Source: Haplodiscus bocki (lineage: Eukaryota). Taken from it: a stretch of 64,000 nt of DNA. The stretch covers positions 13,764,001-13,828,000 of the forward strand of contig OZ296659.1 of the NCBI GenBank assembly GCA_965655095.1. The letters run 5' to 3'. Shown here piece after piece: positions 24,590-39,020 of this stretch (the first letter of the stretch is position 1; the number at the start of each line of letters is the position of its first letter). Under the pieces are notes generated by a model, which saw only the letters and a program-made list of their open reading frames with translations, did no database searches and was not told where the DNA came from. A program made the position numbers and the translations under genes.

Positions 24590-27500
24590 CAGACGCACGA
24601 GCTGAAAGCTTTGTTAAACAATCGGCGACCTCTTTGTCAGACGGTACCCAATAAAGTCGATTAACAGACCCAACATCAATATGAGACCGAAGACAAGGTA
24701 TCTCGACTCTCAACCCTTTGTCTTTTGGTTGAATATACGTTCTCCACTAAAGAACAACTGTCAGTATAAGCGTTAACTTTAAGCCTTTGCGTTGTTAATT
24801 CGAGAACCAATTTATGGCAAACAAGTGCTGCCTCGATTCCATTACAACAGGCAACAGTTTCTGCAAATAAAGTACTGCGAACGACTCGTCTGAGCTTCTG
24901 AGATCTCCAACTGAGTAAAGCTGGTTTACATCCAGGCTGATTAATGAATACCAGATAACCAGCTTGAGTACCCCCACAAGGAAGGTTACCAAATGACGCA
25001 TCTGTAAAACGTCAATGGAAAAATGTTCTGATAAATTGCTAAATTTCTGATAAATAAGGCATAAATCCGATGAAAACTTTAGCTTTCGTACGATTTTGTT
25101 TGCAGCTAAGAAATGACATCTTTGCCATTGACCGGCAAACGATAATAACGATGAAACAGCAAACGCAATATCAGGTCGAACCTGACAGGCAATCCATTGA
25201 AGTTTACGAAGTAAAGCACGTAAATCACGCATGTGAAATTTGTCGGCAGAAAGGAAATCGACTGAAACTTCTTTTACACCCGACAAATAGGCGGACAAAT
25301 CAAGTCGGATACAATTGTCTGTTTGAGAAATCTCAAAGCCCGAATAAGAAAAAGGAGTTTTCTGACTAGAGCGAACATCAAAAACTTCATTCAGCTTATC
25401 AATCACCTCGCACTTAAACGAGACATTTCCAGCCCATAAGAAATCATCCACATGAGTAGCTATCAAGCCGTACACGTCGCCCCGAGAATCTTTCTTGTAA
25501 AACAAACAAGGATCATACATTGACACGATACACCCGACATTCAATATTTCAGTTTTAACTCGGTCATACCAGTGACGCGCTGCGTCAACCAAACCGTAAG
25601 TACACTTCTTCAGTTTCCAAAGAACACCGACAGGAGCAAAACCAGCTGGAGGCTTGATAAAAACATCTCTCCGCAAGTCACAACCTTGTAAGAAAGCCGT
25701 ACGTATGTCCATAGTATTACACATCCACTGCATATAGGAACAAAACCAAATAAAAACTCGCAACGTGTCTTTTGCGCAAGTGGGTGAATCTTTTACGACT
25801 TGGTCTAAAGCAGGGTCTTCAAAACCCCTGAGTACCAAACGCGCTTTCTTTCGATCCGGCTTTGGGTCAGAACCCAACGACACGTCCTGAATGGTTGTCC
25901 AAGATCATCAACTTCTTCATAAACCGCTTTGGATTTCCAATTAGCTAGCTCGTCCAGTTTGGCATCTTTGTATTCATCCACAGTAGTGATGAAGCATTGA
26001 TCCGCATCAGTTGAACAACATACATCGGATCAATAAAGCGGATACATCGACATAATCAGTCTGACCAGCCAATTTTTGAGGAGACTGATAAATCACGTTC
26101 CACCAATCAGAAAACTCTCCAGTGGCTTTTCCACCTCTGCTCTTCACAACGGCAGTTATCTGTCTGCCATCAAAGTCTGGTACACGTGAAACAAATTTCA
26201 GTGTTTTCCCGATACATTCGGTTGAACTAAAGACTCCACATTTAAAGGTGTCGCTTGATCAGGCTCCGAATTAACCTGTTCATGGTCAGGCGAAGAAAGA
26301 TCAGGAATGGGCAACTGAGACTGCAAGGTAGATTCAACAACAGGCTCCTCCTCGTCGGAAGAATCACAATCAGGAGATGCAGATGCAGGGACATCCGACA
26401 ACACTTGAGAACTCGTCATTGTTTCCGCGCCTCCTGTTAAATCATCAGAGGTGGCTGTAGAATCATTACAGGAGGAACTCGAATTTGAATTGGACACTGA
26501 AAAACGCAATTTGGTACGGTGAACTTTGCACACTTTACCGCCTTGCTTAACATATACAACAGCTCCATCTTGGCCAATAACAAAACCTGGACCTTTCCAT
26601 CGATCATCTGACTCACGTTTGTAAAAAACGCGATCACCCAAAACAAATGGACCATTGTCATAACGAAAATTTGACTTCAGTGCCCGCTTAATCCCGTTAC
26701 TAATATCCGCTTCAATGAAGAACTGTCTGGCTTCGTTCAACTTGAACAATAATTTTGACACCGATTCACTAGTGGTAGTGCACTCAAGAGCCGGAGGCTG
26801 ATTAGTAAATATGGAAGGTAATCGTGGTCCGCATCCAAATGCAATCTGATACGGAGAAAACCCATCATGGTTAAGCATGCTGTTCTTAGCGAAAACAGCA
26901 GTTTTGAGTGCAGTTTCCCGGTCGTATTGATGTGAATCATCAGAGATAAGCCGGTTAAACATATCAGTGAGTACAGCGTTATGGCGCTCAACAACACCAT
27001 TTGACCACGGCGAATACGCTGCAGTAGTTTTCATGACAATATCGACATTTTCTGCGAAAGAATGAAAATCAGCGTTATCAAACTCCCCTCCGTTATCAGT
27101 CAAAACAGCTTTTGGGTAACCGAAAGATAAACACCAGTTACGGAAAAATTCGGTAATGGTGGTAGTCGGCCGTTTATTAGTAATGAACACTGCTACTGAA
27201 AAGCGACTGAAAACATCAATCATGTGAAGGTACCATAAAGAAAGACCAGAACCACTAACTTCATGTAAATGAAGTGAAACAGTGTGGTTCCATTCTTGGG
27301 CCAGCGGTAACCCCACAACAGGCCTCGGAAGATCACGGCCGAAACGCTGGCAGACATCGCAATCATTCATAACGGACTTCACTTGATCAACTGTTACAGA
27401 CACACCCGCTTTTCTCAGTAACGCGTGTAATTTTTCACTGCTACAATGAGCAAATTGTTTATGTAATTTCTCAATCTGAGAATCATCAACAACTTGAGAC

Positions 27501-28782
27501 ATTGCTAAACAACTAGCAAACACAGTTCTGTCGAAACTAAAATCAAGAAGGAGGTGTCCACTGGTGGACATAGACAGCTGTATGGGGAACTTCTCACTGG
27601 TATACAATGTTTTGTTCGCAAAATCTATCTCGAAACAAGCTTTAGTCATCGAGCCAACACTAATCAATAACGGTAGATCTCCAGGTATCACAAAAACAGT
27701 CAGCATAAACGAGGTATCCCCAAAACGAATAGGAATTGTATACTTCTTCTTAGCACAGACTCGATAACCGCCCCCATAAATGATGTAAGAATCAGATGGC
27801 TGAACAGACACTAGTTCGCGTTGCTCAGGAGAAAGTCTGTTAAGATAGTTCTCCATCCAGGTAAAACCAGAAACAGTAACTGTACAAGCAGAGCCAAGCA
27901 CACCTTTACCAAAAGATTCCTGTAACAGAGAACCTGTAACCATCGCCAAAATAATATAAGCTGTGCCATCACCAACATCAGTTTCACGAACTTTCTTCGA
28001 TTCTGCATCGGCCTCCTGAGAAACATGCGCCGATTTTTCTTTATCAGGACACGCGTTGGCCCAATGGACACGTGAACCACAAACTGCACATGTAGAAACT
28101 CGACCATCCTTGTTCAGAGGATTTGTTCCAGTTGGTCGACTTCCTTTCTTACCACTGAATTTGGTATTGGGACGTTGATAAATCTTTAACTCCCACCCTG
28201 CCCAGATGCAAACACTGGCTCCTCCTTTATAATCTGAGTAGCGTCACTTGGAACAGACACACTCGCAACGGAAGAAGAGGAAATCCTGCGTAAACTAGAT
28301 TTCATTTCTTCATAAGTCACCTGTGGAGTTGCAGATAAAGCCAATTTCTTGTCCCGCTCATCCAAATCAGAACAAGAAAGCAACTTCCAGGCCAAAACTG
28401 CAGGAGGAAGCACTAACTCGTGTTTAACTAATTTCTGGTACAAAGAATCAAATAAAGTGATATACTCAGTAATTGGCTTGTTTCCACGACGAAGTTTTTG
28501 AAACATTTCATAATCATGAAACATTTCATCGACAAGGTCTCGTCCAAATAAAGACTTTAATTTATCCAGTAACGTCTTTAAGCCTGTCTCGGCTTTCAAA
28601 TCTGCTAAAGGGATAGCTCTAGCGGCCTCGCGCTTAGCACCTGTTAATGATAAAGCTACAGCGGGAGCCTTTTTTTCTTCTGCCAAACCAGTAACGGCAT
28701 CCCACATTTCCACTTCCGTCTTCCAAGACTAATCTAAGTCGGGTCCCCATGCCGGTGGGGTTTTGTAATTGGTGTGGGACAT
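24590..28782 (-). pseudogene. Copia gag-pol polyprotein with stops and frameshifts
   Basis: ATG at 28782. Zn knuckle CAVCGSRVHWANAC. Protease motif mutated to LGSAC. Integrase LHKQFAH..CDVC, IDVFSR, TDNGGEF, VERHN. RT KARLVLRGFED, YGLVDAARHWY, HVDDF. RNase H end VADCLTK. Confidence 0.93.
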
Positions 28783-28800
28783 CTGCTGCTCCTGCTACCA
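28783..28800 (-). promoter_or_regulatory. Primer binding site complementary to the initiator tRNA-Met 3' end
   Basis: tggtagcag(gagc) directly follows the 5' LTR; animal tRNAiMet ends ...CUGCUACCA. Confidence 0.85.
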
Positions 28801-28900
28801 TGTAAAAACACTGATAATATTAATATGTATAATGTAAAACCCCACCGACAATCACTATATCTGAAATAATACAGTATTTACATGAGGTACAAGTACAACA
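28801..28900 (-). repeat. Copia 5' LTR
   Basis: Matches 24242-24341 and is flanked by the TSD GTAAC. Confidence 0.95.
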
Positions 28901-29912
28901 GTAACAATTCGATATTTGAAGTAATTGTGCAACTGCGTTATAGTAACTGGTTTGCAGATGCGCGTGCATTTAAATTGCTTAAATTCGATTGGATTCATTT
29001 TAAATCAACGCAAAAGCTAATTTATTCTTTTGAACTTGTGAACCGATACCGGACCCAACCCTATTCTCTAATATTATATTGCCTATATGTTGTGACAAAC
29101 TTATTAAATAATTTCACAGGCTTGACTCATATCCTCTTGAGGAGGGCATTGCTAGAAACGACACTGGGTGGCAAGTGGATGTAGTATCAAAGAAAGTATG
29201 AATGGTTCAGTTAACTGAATGATGTAGCCACGAGATCAAGATACTGCAAGAATAATCGTAACAAGAGGCGAAGTCGCACTGCGATGTTTTCCGTCAAAAA
29301 GAGTGCAGAAATGGTTGATCGAGCAGATAACAAGTGATTTTCCATTATTTTAGAATGCGAATGATCAACGACGTTTGAGGAACAAAGTCCTCAGGAATAT
29401 GCGCAATTTCTCTCATCACTTTCAGTGAAAAACATACCAACAAAAGAGCCTGGCGCTTCTGCACATTCAAAAGTTTCAAACAATCAACGCCAAGTTGGAA
29501 GAACAGATGCATGTATCGAAAATTAAAAAATTAGAATGAGGAAGTGTCAGTGTTTCAGTTACCCTTGTTCATCGTGCTTATGAAGGCCTTGCATTTAGTT
29601 TGACCTAGCTGGAGCGACCAAAGTGTTCCTTCAAGAGTCACCCCCTCGTACTGTCTGAGCCCGAATATTGGCAACCCCCTCTCTAATTTTTACCCTCTGA
29701 TATAGATTTTTGAATTTTTTGAAAATGCAAGAATCGTTTTGCCGTTTTTTGGACTTTGTACATATATTTGCATTTTACTTAATCCGCGACTCAGATTTTA
29801 TGCTTTTTCAACCTCAATTAAAACCGAAGCTGTTAGAAACCCAATTAAGTCGAATTTTGGGACTAATCAAGCTGACGAATCTAATATTTTTGGTTCACTC
29901 CTCTTAAGAACC

Positions 29913-30672
29913 CAGGGATTCCGCAAAAATAATTGCAAAATAAATTACCCGAAATAATTTATTTTTCCTCTTTTCCCTAAAAATTTTTTTTTTGACAAAA
30001 ACTATGGCAATTATTTATGTAAAATGGAAAATAATTTTCGATTCTTTCTCAATAATTCTGAGAAACGCAAGCAACAACTCAGTCGGATTATTTTTCTCAG
30101 AAACGCACAGTTAGCTCGGTAGTGAACGAATATCAGCCAGCTCAAACAAATACTGTCATGTCGAAAGATTTCGAAAATGGAATAGTCAAATGTATTGATG
30201 GACGTTCTTCATATATAACATTTTCCGAAAAAACAGCGCTGAAGCCGTTTGCTAAAGAAATTAATGCAGTAGATACACCATATAATCCGTCAAACTTCGC
30301 GGTTGATGTCCTGAATTCTAAAAAGCAAAAACTTGAACATGGAGCAATGGAGTGGATTCCAGAAACATCAAATATCTGCAGAAGACTTTTCAGAAGAGCA
30401 AAACTTAACTTGGGCGATTTGAGATACAGACTCACAACAATGCATCTGGAAAGCGAGCTTTTTAATACGCAAACAAACCCTACTGGGATAAAAAATTGAT
30501 GTCTGAATTTGTATGAATTCTGCTACATATACGATTGATTTTAATTGAATCATGGCGAAAAATTACTTTTTTGAAAAGCAATTATTGCAATTATTTATGG
30601 CAACCTAAGTTTGAGGGCAATTATTTATTTCTTGATGTTTCATAATGAAAAATAATTTTTGCGGAATCTCTG
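29913..30672 (+). mobile_element. Internally deleted hAT DNA transposon
   Basis: TIRs cagggattccgcaaaaa / tttttgcggaatctctg. Partial 8-bp TSD taagaacc vs taagacgt. ORF 30122-30499 ends in a hAT dimerisation-like motif WIPETSNICRRLFRRAKLNLGDLRYRLTTMHLESELF. Confidence 0.8.
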
Positions 30673-33414
30673 TAAGACGTCTTATAACTCCGAAATGTCA
30701 TAACTGCGAAATTAAGAAAAGAGGTGCATGACTCCGAATTAAATTGGCTTACCAAGAGTTTCTTTAGTATCATAATCACAACGATTAAAATAATTTATTT
30801 TGATGCGGAATTCAAGCTTAAAATAGATAAAATGAATAATTTAATTACTATAAATTGGTGCCAAAATGCGAAAATTATCGGAAGTAAATATGAAACTGAA
30901 GGGAAAATTGTCGGAAACAAATAATAATAATAATAAAAGGATTTAGGAAAAATGTCCAGGGGTTTGGTTAAGAACCCGTTCGTATGCATGTTTTTTTACT
31001 AATGCAGTGGTAGAGCGAGTTTTTTCAGTTCCTTTACAAGTGCTGCAGTCACATAATAATCGCCAGGTGCAGGGGTTGGTTTCGCTGTAGATTTGCCGGA
31101 AAAAGGCTTTGCAGACTTGGAGTTTGATTTTGTGGTTCGGGTTGAAGACAAAGTCTTCTTTGAAATAGTCGTTGAAGAGGTTGGCTAGCTGGCAGGCTTG
31201 AAACCAGAAGTCGGATTCACATTTTTCGAGTCTCATGGGTCTGGCGGCGAAGTTGCGAGTTTGTGAATTTTTTGTGCCTCCGTAGTCTTAACCTTGACAT
31301 TCAGTTCAAACAAAGAAAATCAACATGCTTCCCCTTGAGATTCAATTTTCAATTCGGAGTTATGATACTAAAATACAAATTCGGAGCTAAGAATAGCCAC
31401 CCCATCTTAAGTGTCAGTGACTTTCAATCAGACCCCACCCCCTTAAAGAAAACCCCGACTCTTCATAAGAGTCGAAGTCTAGATCTGTTGGGGTCATTTA
31501 ATTTTGTTGCAAATTATATGGTGACTTCCCATTAGCACCAAAGAAATCTTCCCTGTAATTCCAAAATGAAAACTTTTTGGCTGAGAGGATGAGTTGAAAT
31601 CACGCCATTTGTTTATTGAATGAAAAAATTAATTTAAGGTTCCACATTCAGAAATTATCTGCAGGGATTCCTCGGAAGCAGTTGAAAATCCAATCTGAAC
31701 ACAAATTGCACGGATTTATTTCCTGGATCTAGAGTTTTTAATTAACAAGTGGTGCTGTCGCACAGCGATATCTTCCGTACCGACATTGTCGGTAGAATTC
31801 AAGCTTCTACTATCTTGTTTGATTCTTTAATTTGTATATTTCTACAACAATTTGTTTATGACGAAACTGTATTACACTTGCTCAAGCAGTATAAATTCGG
31901 AGAAAAGCATTAAAAATTTGAGATTTAACATCGACAAAACAAAAAGTTGCACTTTTCGGCATTTTCAGCCTATGGTGAGAATTCAGTTGAATAGGCAGAA
32001 ATCATGAATTTAAATTGGAATATCTTTTTACAGATGAAAAGCAACCACTTATTACCCTGATGGAAGAAGTGAAGCCGAAAACTATGGGGAAATGAGAATT
32101 TGATCATAGGGATACATCAAGTTTTCATCCTTTTCAGTCATTTTTGACTTATCGGGATTCTGACCATACGAATCAATATTCATCACTTTTTATTGTCAAA
32201 GAGTACTCCTCGAGTAGAGAAGTTTTGCTTGGACCCTTGATGAAAGATTTAAAGATCGTAATTATGAAGAAAATTGACTTCTGAGACCTAGATGTTTTTA
32301 TTGATGAAATTTTTCGCACTTTCTGATGATCATGAATCGGAAACAAAGACCATGCCAACGCACCAGGAAATCATTGCTAGGCTAACGGTACGAGCTTCTG
32401 GGAAAACGTTCCATCAGCTCTTTTACGGAGCCTCGGTGCTTCACAGACTTGACATCAACATACGTTTTTGAAAACCGTTCTGGAGACAGACCATACAGTT
32501 TTGCGGAAAAATTATAAGAAACAATTTTCTGACTGCAGCTGACATAGTGTGCGACACAAAAAACTCCTTACTTCGATGCCAAATTGGTTCCTATGTCAGC
32601 GGTCGCTTATGTGATGCAGAACCAAGTTTTCACCTATCTCTCAAAAAGATATCAAATCACGATCTCAAATTTTGAACAGTTAGGAAGAAAACATTTGAAA
32701 CTTCTTCACCAAAAAAAACATATGAAATTGAAGCCTACCTGTTGGGAACAATAAAACTTTTGACAGTAACGGCCCAAGATAAGGCGAAATTGACAAAATT
32801 CAGAGATTCACATAAAACGCCGTAACCACGTTCTGTTGCCAAAAAACATAGTTAGGACGTTAAAAAAATGAAAAGAGGGATTTCCATTTCCATTGTACCG
32901 TGAAAAACTGAAAGATGTGCAAAATTTGAGGAATTTCAGTTCCAAAGCCTTTTCAGACAAGAGACGCAACGTATCAGAACGTTTACATCAGGAACCAAGC
33001 TACTATCTCTGGAAGAAAAAAATGGAAAACAGGTCTTCGTCAAAACGATTTTCTTTTCAGCAAAGTCAAACTAAGATTCCAACACAGGGTTTAAAGACTT
33101 TCAAGTTTTTTTATTGGTTCTCCTTGACTGGTGAAGTGGCGCTGGGGCGGTTGATGAACTATTCCAATCTCGCAGGCATTCCAATCTGCAACCTCGAAAA
33201 AAGTTCGAAAACATATTTCGGATTGCTAGAAAATTTATGTGAATACCGAACTGTCACAACTTGGAAGCAAAGTTGAAAATATACGAACCAGAGGCTCAAT
33301 GCTAAACCTGCAGCAACAAATTGTTGTGAAACATGGAAACCTCGTCATCACTCCTCGAACGAAAGAGATTCACAGATTTGACAAACCTGAGCTTTTAGAA
33401 AAAATTAAAAGTAT

Positions 33415-34948
33415 CAGGGGGTCGAAAAAATTAAATGGCCCTCCAATTAACTCCACCAATTAATTGATTGGCCCGAATTTTCAATTAAATAATTGATTGG
33501 TGATTTGTCCCATTAATTGCAATTTTTTGACATTGAAAACTGATAGAACTCTTTTTTCCGTATTACATCTGGCGCTGTTGGCATAACTGTGATGCATACA
33601 TTTTCATTTTTTTCCCGTGATGCATACACGTGCCTAATACATGTGTTAACCGGTCAGAGATTTATAATATACTAATTTCGTAAGAAAATTAGGACAAAGA
33701 ATTGAATAGAAATGATTATTCGCGGCATCACATTTTTACGAAGCTTGGAGTGTATTGAGGCATGTCGAAAGTTTAAGAAACGATAACTTCATAAACATAA
33801 AGGAGTTAGCGTGTCCGCCTAATGTTTCCGAATAGGGTATGTTAAATAGATTTAACCGCGCTATTTTCAGTTACTGCTTTGATGAGTACAGAAAACGCCG
33901 CAATTGTTCGTCGATAAGTCTCCACTAATTAGGAGCCTCATGGTCCTCTCTGGGAAAAAGTGAACACTCTTATGGGGAAACTTGAGAGCCCGAAATTGGC
34001 AGGTACACTCAACGCACATACAAGCTTGAAAAGCATTCCAAGAAACAAAACTCGCTAGTTGAACACCATGGATAAGGTTGAGAGGTATATTCGACTGAAG
34101 CCATTCCTGGAGTTTCTAAGTTGACATGTTTCCCACTTCGAGAGGAAACAGCGACGTTGATAAGCTTCAGCAAGAACTGCCAACATAAAGATCTGCCACT
34201 GTTGCTCTACAGGAAGAAAACGTCGATCTCGATGATGCGAGAGCTCTTTTTGACGGATTTTTATCGACATACGCAGAACCTGAAGTTGCAGAATAATTAC
34301 GCCAAGATGCAGAAATCGTACACTCAAAAGATTTCGAAAGTGCAGTCGTCCAACTATTGTCTGAACAGGAAGAAGAACTGAATGAGGACTAAAAAAAGAA
34401 TGTTACTGCCCTTCTTATCAAGGATGGCTGCCCGACGCCCGAATTTGTTAACTCTGATGAAAAAGACTTCGTTGTGAAGTGTTTAAAGAAGAGACGGATA
34501 GAGAGGGCAGCTGAACTAAAGAAGGCAAAATACCCTGATGCTCGTTTTATTCTGTCAACTTCAGACCTATTGGAAAGATTTTTCAGCAGTGCCGGCTTTG
34601 CTTATGGGGAACATCGACAAAGTTTACTTCCAGTAAGTTTCGAAATTCAATTGTTCTCGAAGTGCAACCAAAGCATCCGGGACGGAGAGACCGTGTCAAA
34701 GGTTGTTAACGAACCTGCTCAGACAGATTAACTTTTGAGAAACTACTTTTACATTTCAGCTACGTATCAGTTTGCAAGTTATTTTATAACTTTCGAAAAA
34801 CTCACTTTGTGGCTTAAACATCTTTTTAAATACCCAATAATTGCAATAAATTGCAATTATAATTGGGGAGAGACAGCAATGCCAGTTAATAATTTGATCG
34901 GGTAATTAATTGATTGGAAGCTTACCAATTCATTTTTTCGAAACGCTG
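33415..34948 (+). mobile_element. Deleted hAT DNA transposon
   Basis: Imperfect TIRs cagggggtcgaaaaaattaaatgg / ccaattcattttttcgaaacgctg. Subterminal aattgattgg repeats. C-terminal motif FILSTSDLLERFFSSAGFAYGEHRQSLLPVSFEIQLF (34474-34731). Confidence 0.75.
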
Positions 34949-36559
34949 CGAGGTAATCATTGGATCAGTTTCACCTTTTCAGAGAAATTTTGTCAAAGCA
35001 TTCTGACTTCATTTGAAACAAAAGATAAGGTGTGATACATTGGAGTTTCCGTCTCTTTTCAATATCAAAAAAAAAATTTTGTCCCTGCTGTCAAGATTTG
35101 TGCCAAAGTGTCTTTTGTTTTGCTTCTGAAAAATCTGGTCTATCTTCCGTCTGATTTTTTCAGATTTGGCAGAGACAGCAACCACGCTGCAATAAAATAA
35201 TCAAAAACAGCTAGACTTTCATGTTTCTTCTGTTATAACTCCGTTGAAAAAAGGCTGTATACTCAGAAACCGGCCAAATCGTAACAGACATTTACTTTTG
35301 ACTTTTCAAATGTTCCAATGTTCCTGAGAAAAAAAAACTTTTTTGGAGTTGCTGAGAGGATATACAACTTCAAACTGAAAAAACTGAAAAAAAAACACTC
35401 GAATTTCGAAATTTAAGTGCGGAAAAAAGTTTTCGTGAAGTAATGACATCCGAAAGAAAAACAGCTGTTGCAGAAAAACAGAGTCTGTGATTACAGCTGT
35501 GAATAAAATATAAACTTTTAACCTATGTTCGAGAATGGAAAAATCAATTTTGAAAAAATTACGTACTTTATTTTAAAGTTTCTTCTTCATGATTCTTCTG
35601 CATTACACCCAAACGAAATGTTCAGGAACCAGAATTGTCAAACTAAAGAAGGCAGGAATTTTTGTCCTACGAACTCAGGGCTTTTTCGTTACTTGCTTGC
35701 AGTACTTGCTTGCAAAACTGATAAGAAAAGTGCTAAACGTTCGAAGTTTAAAGTCTGTTCTCAGAAAAATTTTCCAAGGACGATCGTCAGGGCATACATT
35801 GGTTTTTCGAGTAAACAACAGAGTTTATCAGTTACGTTTGTTCAAAGTTGGGCAAAACGGAAAAACCCATTGCCAAAAATATGATTTCAAACTCTCAAAC
35901 TGGCTCGAAATGACCAAACAACGCTCCATTTACCTGCCTCCTTCGTAAACAAGCTGAACAAATTTTGATGGACAGCCACTGAAGTTGATCGTGTAGGACA
36001 AATTACATTGTGTGTGCAGTTTTTTCAACAAACGGCAACATGTAGATCTATATGGTGAAGCAAGTGATTTTCTTTGTGACAATTGTTTTCCAGATTTTTG
36101 GAACCCACCCGATTTTCAAAGTTTTTTCTGCAGAAAAAAATTCGAGATCTACTCAGACCAAAAACTGTACTGTTTTTGTAGAAGAAAATCATCAATACGG
36201 GTAGTATATAGTTGAGCGAGACACGCAGTTGTTGATGACCCACAAGCTTTGAGATGTCTTATAGGATCCGAGAGCCGAGTCGGGTCATCACCCTCTTCGT
36301 GATGTTTTTATTGGTTGTTGGAGAAATTTTCCAGGAGTTCACGCCGCCGGAGCTGAGTTACTTATGCAACTACCGCCTCAAATAATTAATACGCCTATGG
36401 AATTTTTTTGCGCCTGCGGATACTGCTGTGTAAAAAAGTCCATTATTGTTTTAGCAAGAAGAAGTAGAGAGTACAATCAGAGATGTCTACAAAGCTTAAA
36501 TTCCGTAATGATCGGAAAAAGGTTCCTTTAACCCCCAAAAAAGATTAAATGAAAAAAAG

Positions 36560-39020
36560 GTTTGCAATATAAGGGGTTCTGTGTGGACTCCGTTGTTCAG
36601 CATAGTTCTTTTCGGTTAAAAAATGACAAGTCCCCCCTGAGTTTGTTCGTATGTAAAGACAGAATGTTGCACTGATCGAAATCCACAATTCGTAAAATGA
36701 ACTTTCGTTTTTTCCTCAAGCACTCGTTCGTTTTTCTCCAGTGGTCTTGTGCCAGTTTCCACCAGAGTTCCTTTGTTGCGCCTTTTACTACTGAACTTGA
36801 TTTTTTCTGTATTCTGGTTGAAGCAAGGAAGTTTTACTGCATTGACAAATCCATTCAGCTCAACAAAAATTTTCTTGAAAAGTCCCGGTTTTCTTTTGTC
36901 GTATTTGATATGTTCGATGCAACATGTTCGAGGGAAAAAAGTACTGGACGATTTGGCAGAAAAAAATTTGCAAACTCTTCTTTGTGGATATTCATCCAAC
37001 TTTCTATCATTTTGGGCTTCATACAGTCTTCCAATGAATGTTCTGACAGCTAAGTAGAGATATTAGGTGTATAATTCTATCTTTTTCATCAAATTAAAGT
37101 CGCAAAACTTATCGAAAAATTGTAATAGTGCCCAACTTTGCGCAGCTTAGCATATTGTAGGACAAAAAACCAACAATGAGGGGTTCCAAATGCACTAAAA
37201 TTTGCTCAACTGCTTTAACTCCTTATAAACTATCCTAGGCGTAAATTAATTTCCCGAAAGAATTACCGTTTAGGGCTTTGTGTGCTTTTTCATCGTTCAG
37301 ACACTTTATGATTGTGTGTTGGTTCCTATCCATGAATTGATATTCGTATGACCTATTAGCAAAAAATTCATTGTCTCTGCGACGACACGAGAATGTGGAT
37401 TGTCACCACCTAGTCTTCGAGCTCCCTTGCAGAAGGAACAAAGCTGCTGAAGCGTCTCAAAAAGGTATACTTAACAGAAATTTGATGTTGGGTAAATTTT
37501 ACATTCAGGCAAAAATCAAAAAGTGGTGTATTAATCGCTCCAATTGTAACGTGGAAGCTCGATATCAGCCTTCTTCGGTGTTTAGTCAACAGTTTGTTTT
37601 CTTCAGCATAGTCTTTCATGAACTCCCAATGTCCGAGCGGGAAACTGGCGTGTTTTCAAAAGTGGTGAGAAAATGTCAAACTTTCCCTTTAGGATGCTTA
37701 AAACCTTTATACAACTTTTAAGGTTGTCAATCAGTTCGCTACTGCAAATACCGGAAAGCAATTTATTCAAATTTATACTTCATTTGAAGGGAAAAACTGA
37801 TCGGAAAGAAGTCAATCGCAACTTTTTCTCGGAGATGTCGGTTTTATTCACATTTTGACATCTGTACGTTAGAAAATTTCTTCTCTCGCAAATAAGACCG
37901 ACGTAAATTGTCCATTTCACTCCTTTTCTGTCTTTTGACAATGTCTTCCTCGGCGAGACCAGGTTGTTCTTCCTGACACTCAAAAAAGACAAAACAACCC
38001 AAAGGCTCAAAAACTGTGTTACAGTGACCAAAAAAACCATTGACCCTGAAACAATCACTTTCTTTCTGAACTCCTCTTGTAAGAAAAATCTCTGTTTTGC
38101 AGGTCAGAGCTGAGATTTGGAATTGGGTCAAAAAGAGAAGCTCGAAAGATCGTGCTCTGTTGGACTTTGGTTTGAACCGTTGTAAATCAGCTTCAAAGTC
38201 TCAGCGTGTGTTGAGTCCAGTAGGCATAGACTGACACATGGCGAATGGATAGAATTGAGTAGCAATTACACCTACGATTCATTTGCAAACTTTCGTCGAA
38301 TATTGAAATATTCTTCCACTAACCACCGCTTTCGGATTGAAAACAACTGAAGATCCTCCCACCATATATTCCCTCACTTTCTCAGCCAATATTCTTCTCC
38401 TTCTGACAAAGGTAAAAGTTGGCAGTCGTGGAGCTATGAAAACAAATGTCCAACAACTTTGGTAGGGTACAGCCTAGCTTCAACATATAATTACCCTTGT
38501 TGTGATGAAATCGGATGAATTATTTCATAGCTTCTAGGGTGGGTGCCGCATCTTTATAGTTGTACCAGCGAAAAAAGTATTTGAAAGACTGCATGTTGTC
38601 CGTATTCTAAACTTGCTGTAATTCCTAATAGTTTTCTTGACCCCTTTAACGACTTTTGAAAATGTGAAGTTTCGTAGAGCGTCTTCAGTGCTACTTTGGA
38701 GAGACTTTATCGAATGGATGGCAGTTACAGAACCGACTCAAAAGGTCGTCGTACGCGGGAAACGATTAACGCGACTGTTTATCAACACTATCGAACAATT
38801 CATAAAAGAAGAGTCCATTGGTTTTGCTTGTTTTATATGGACGAAACGAACCAAGGTTAATTGCACAACCAAGAGAAATATTGATATCCAGAAACTGAGT
38901 GTTTTCGAATTTGAAGGATACAAAATGATTTGCCTTTTCAAAGAGTGTCGGTTCAATTCCTTTTTCATTAACTAGTAGAGGTACTAAATAGGATTCTATC
39001 GAGTTCCTTCAGGTGGCGCT
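36560..39020 (-). pseudogene. Maverick/Polinton protein-primed DNA polymerase B, decayed
   Basis: Eroded motifs: MVGGSSVVF, motif A IVGVIATQFYPFAMCQSMPTG (~38215-38278), motif B KFFANRSYEYQFMDR (~37325-37370), GFFVLQYAKL, C-terminal YDKRKPGLFK...KFSSK...GFRSVQHSVFTYEQTQ. Confidence 0.78.

Larger units (their letters stand above)
24242..28900 (-). mobile_element. Full-length Ty1/copia LTR retrotransposon, GalEa-like clade, disabled
   Basis: Two 100-bp TG..CA LTRs with 2 mismatches. 5-bp TSD GTAAC (24237-24241 and 28901-28905). PBS tggtagcag. Domain order gag-PR-IN-RT-RH. Confidence 0.95.
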
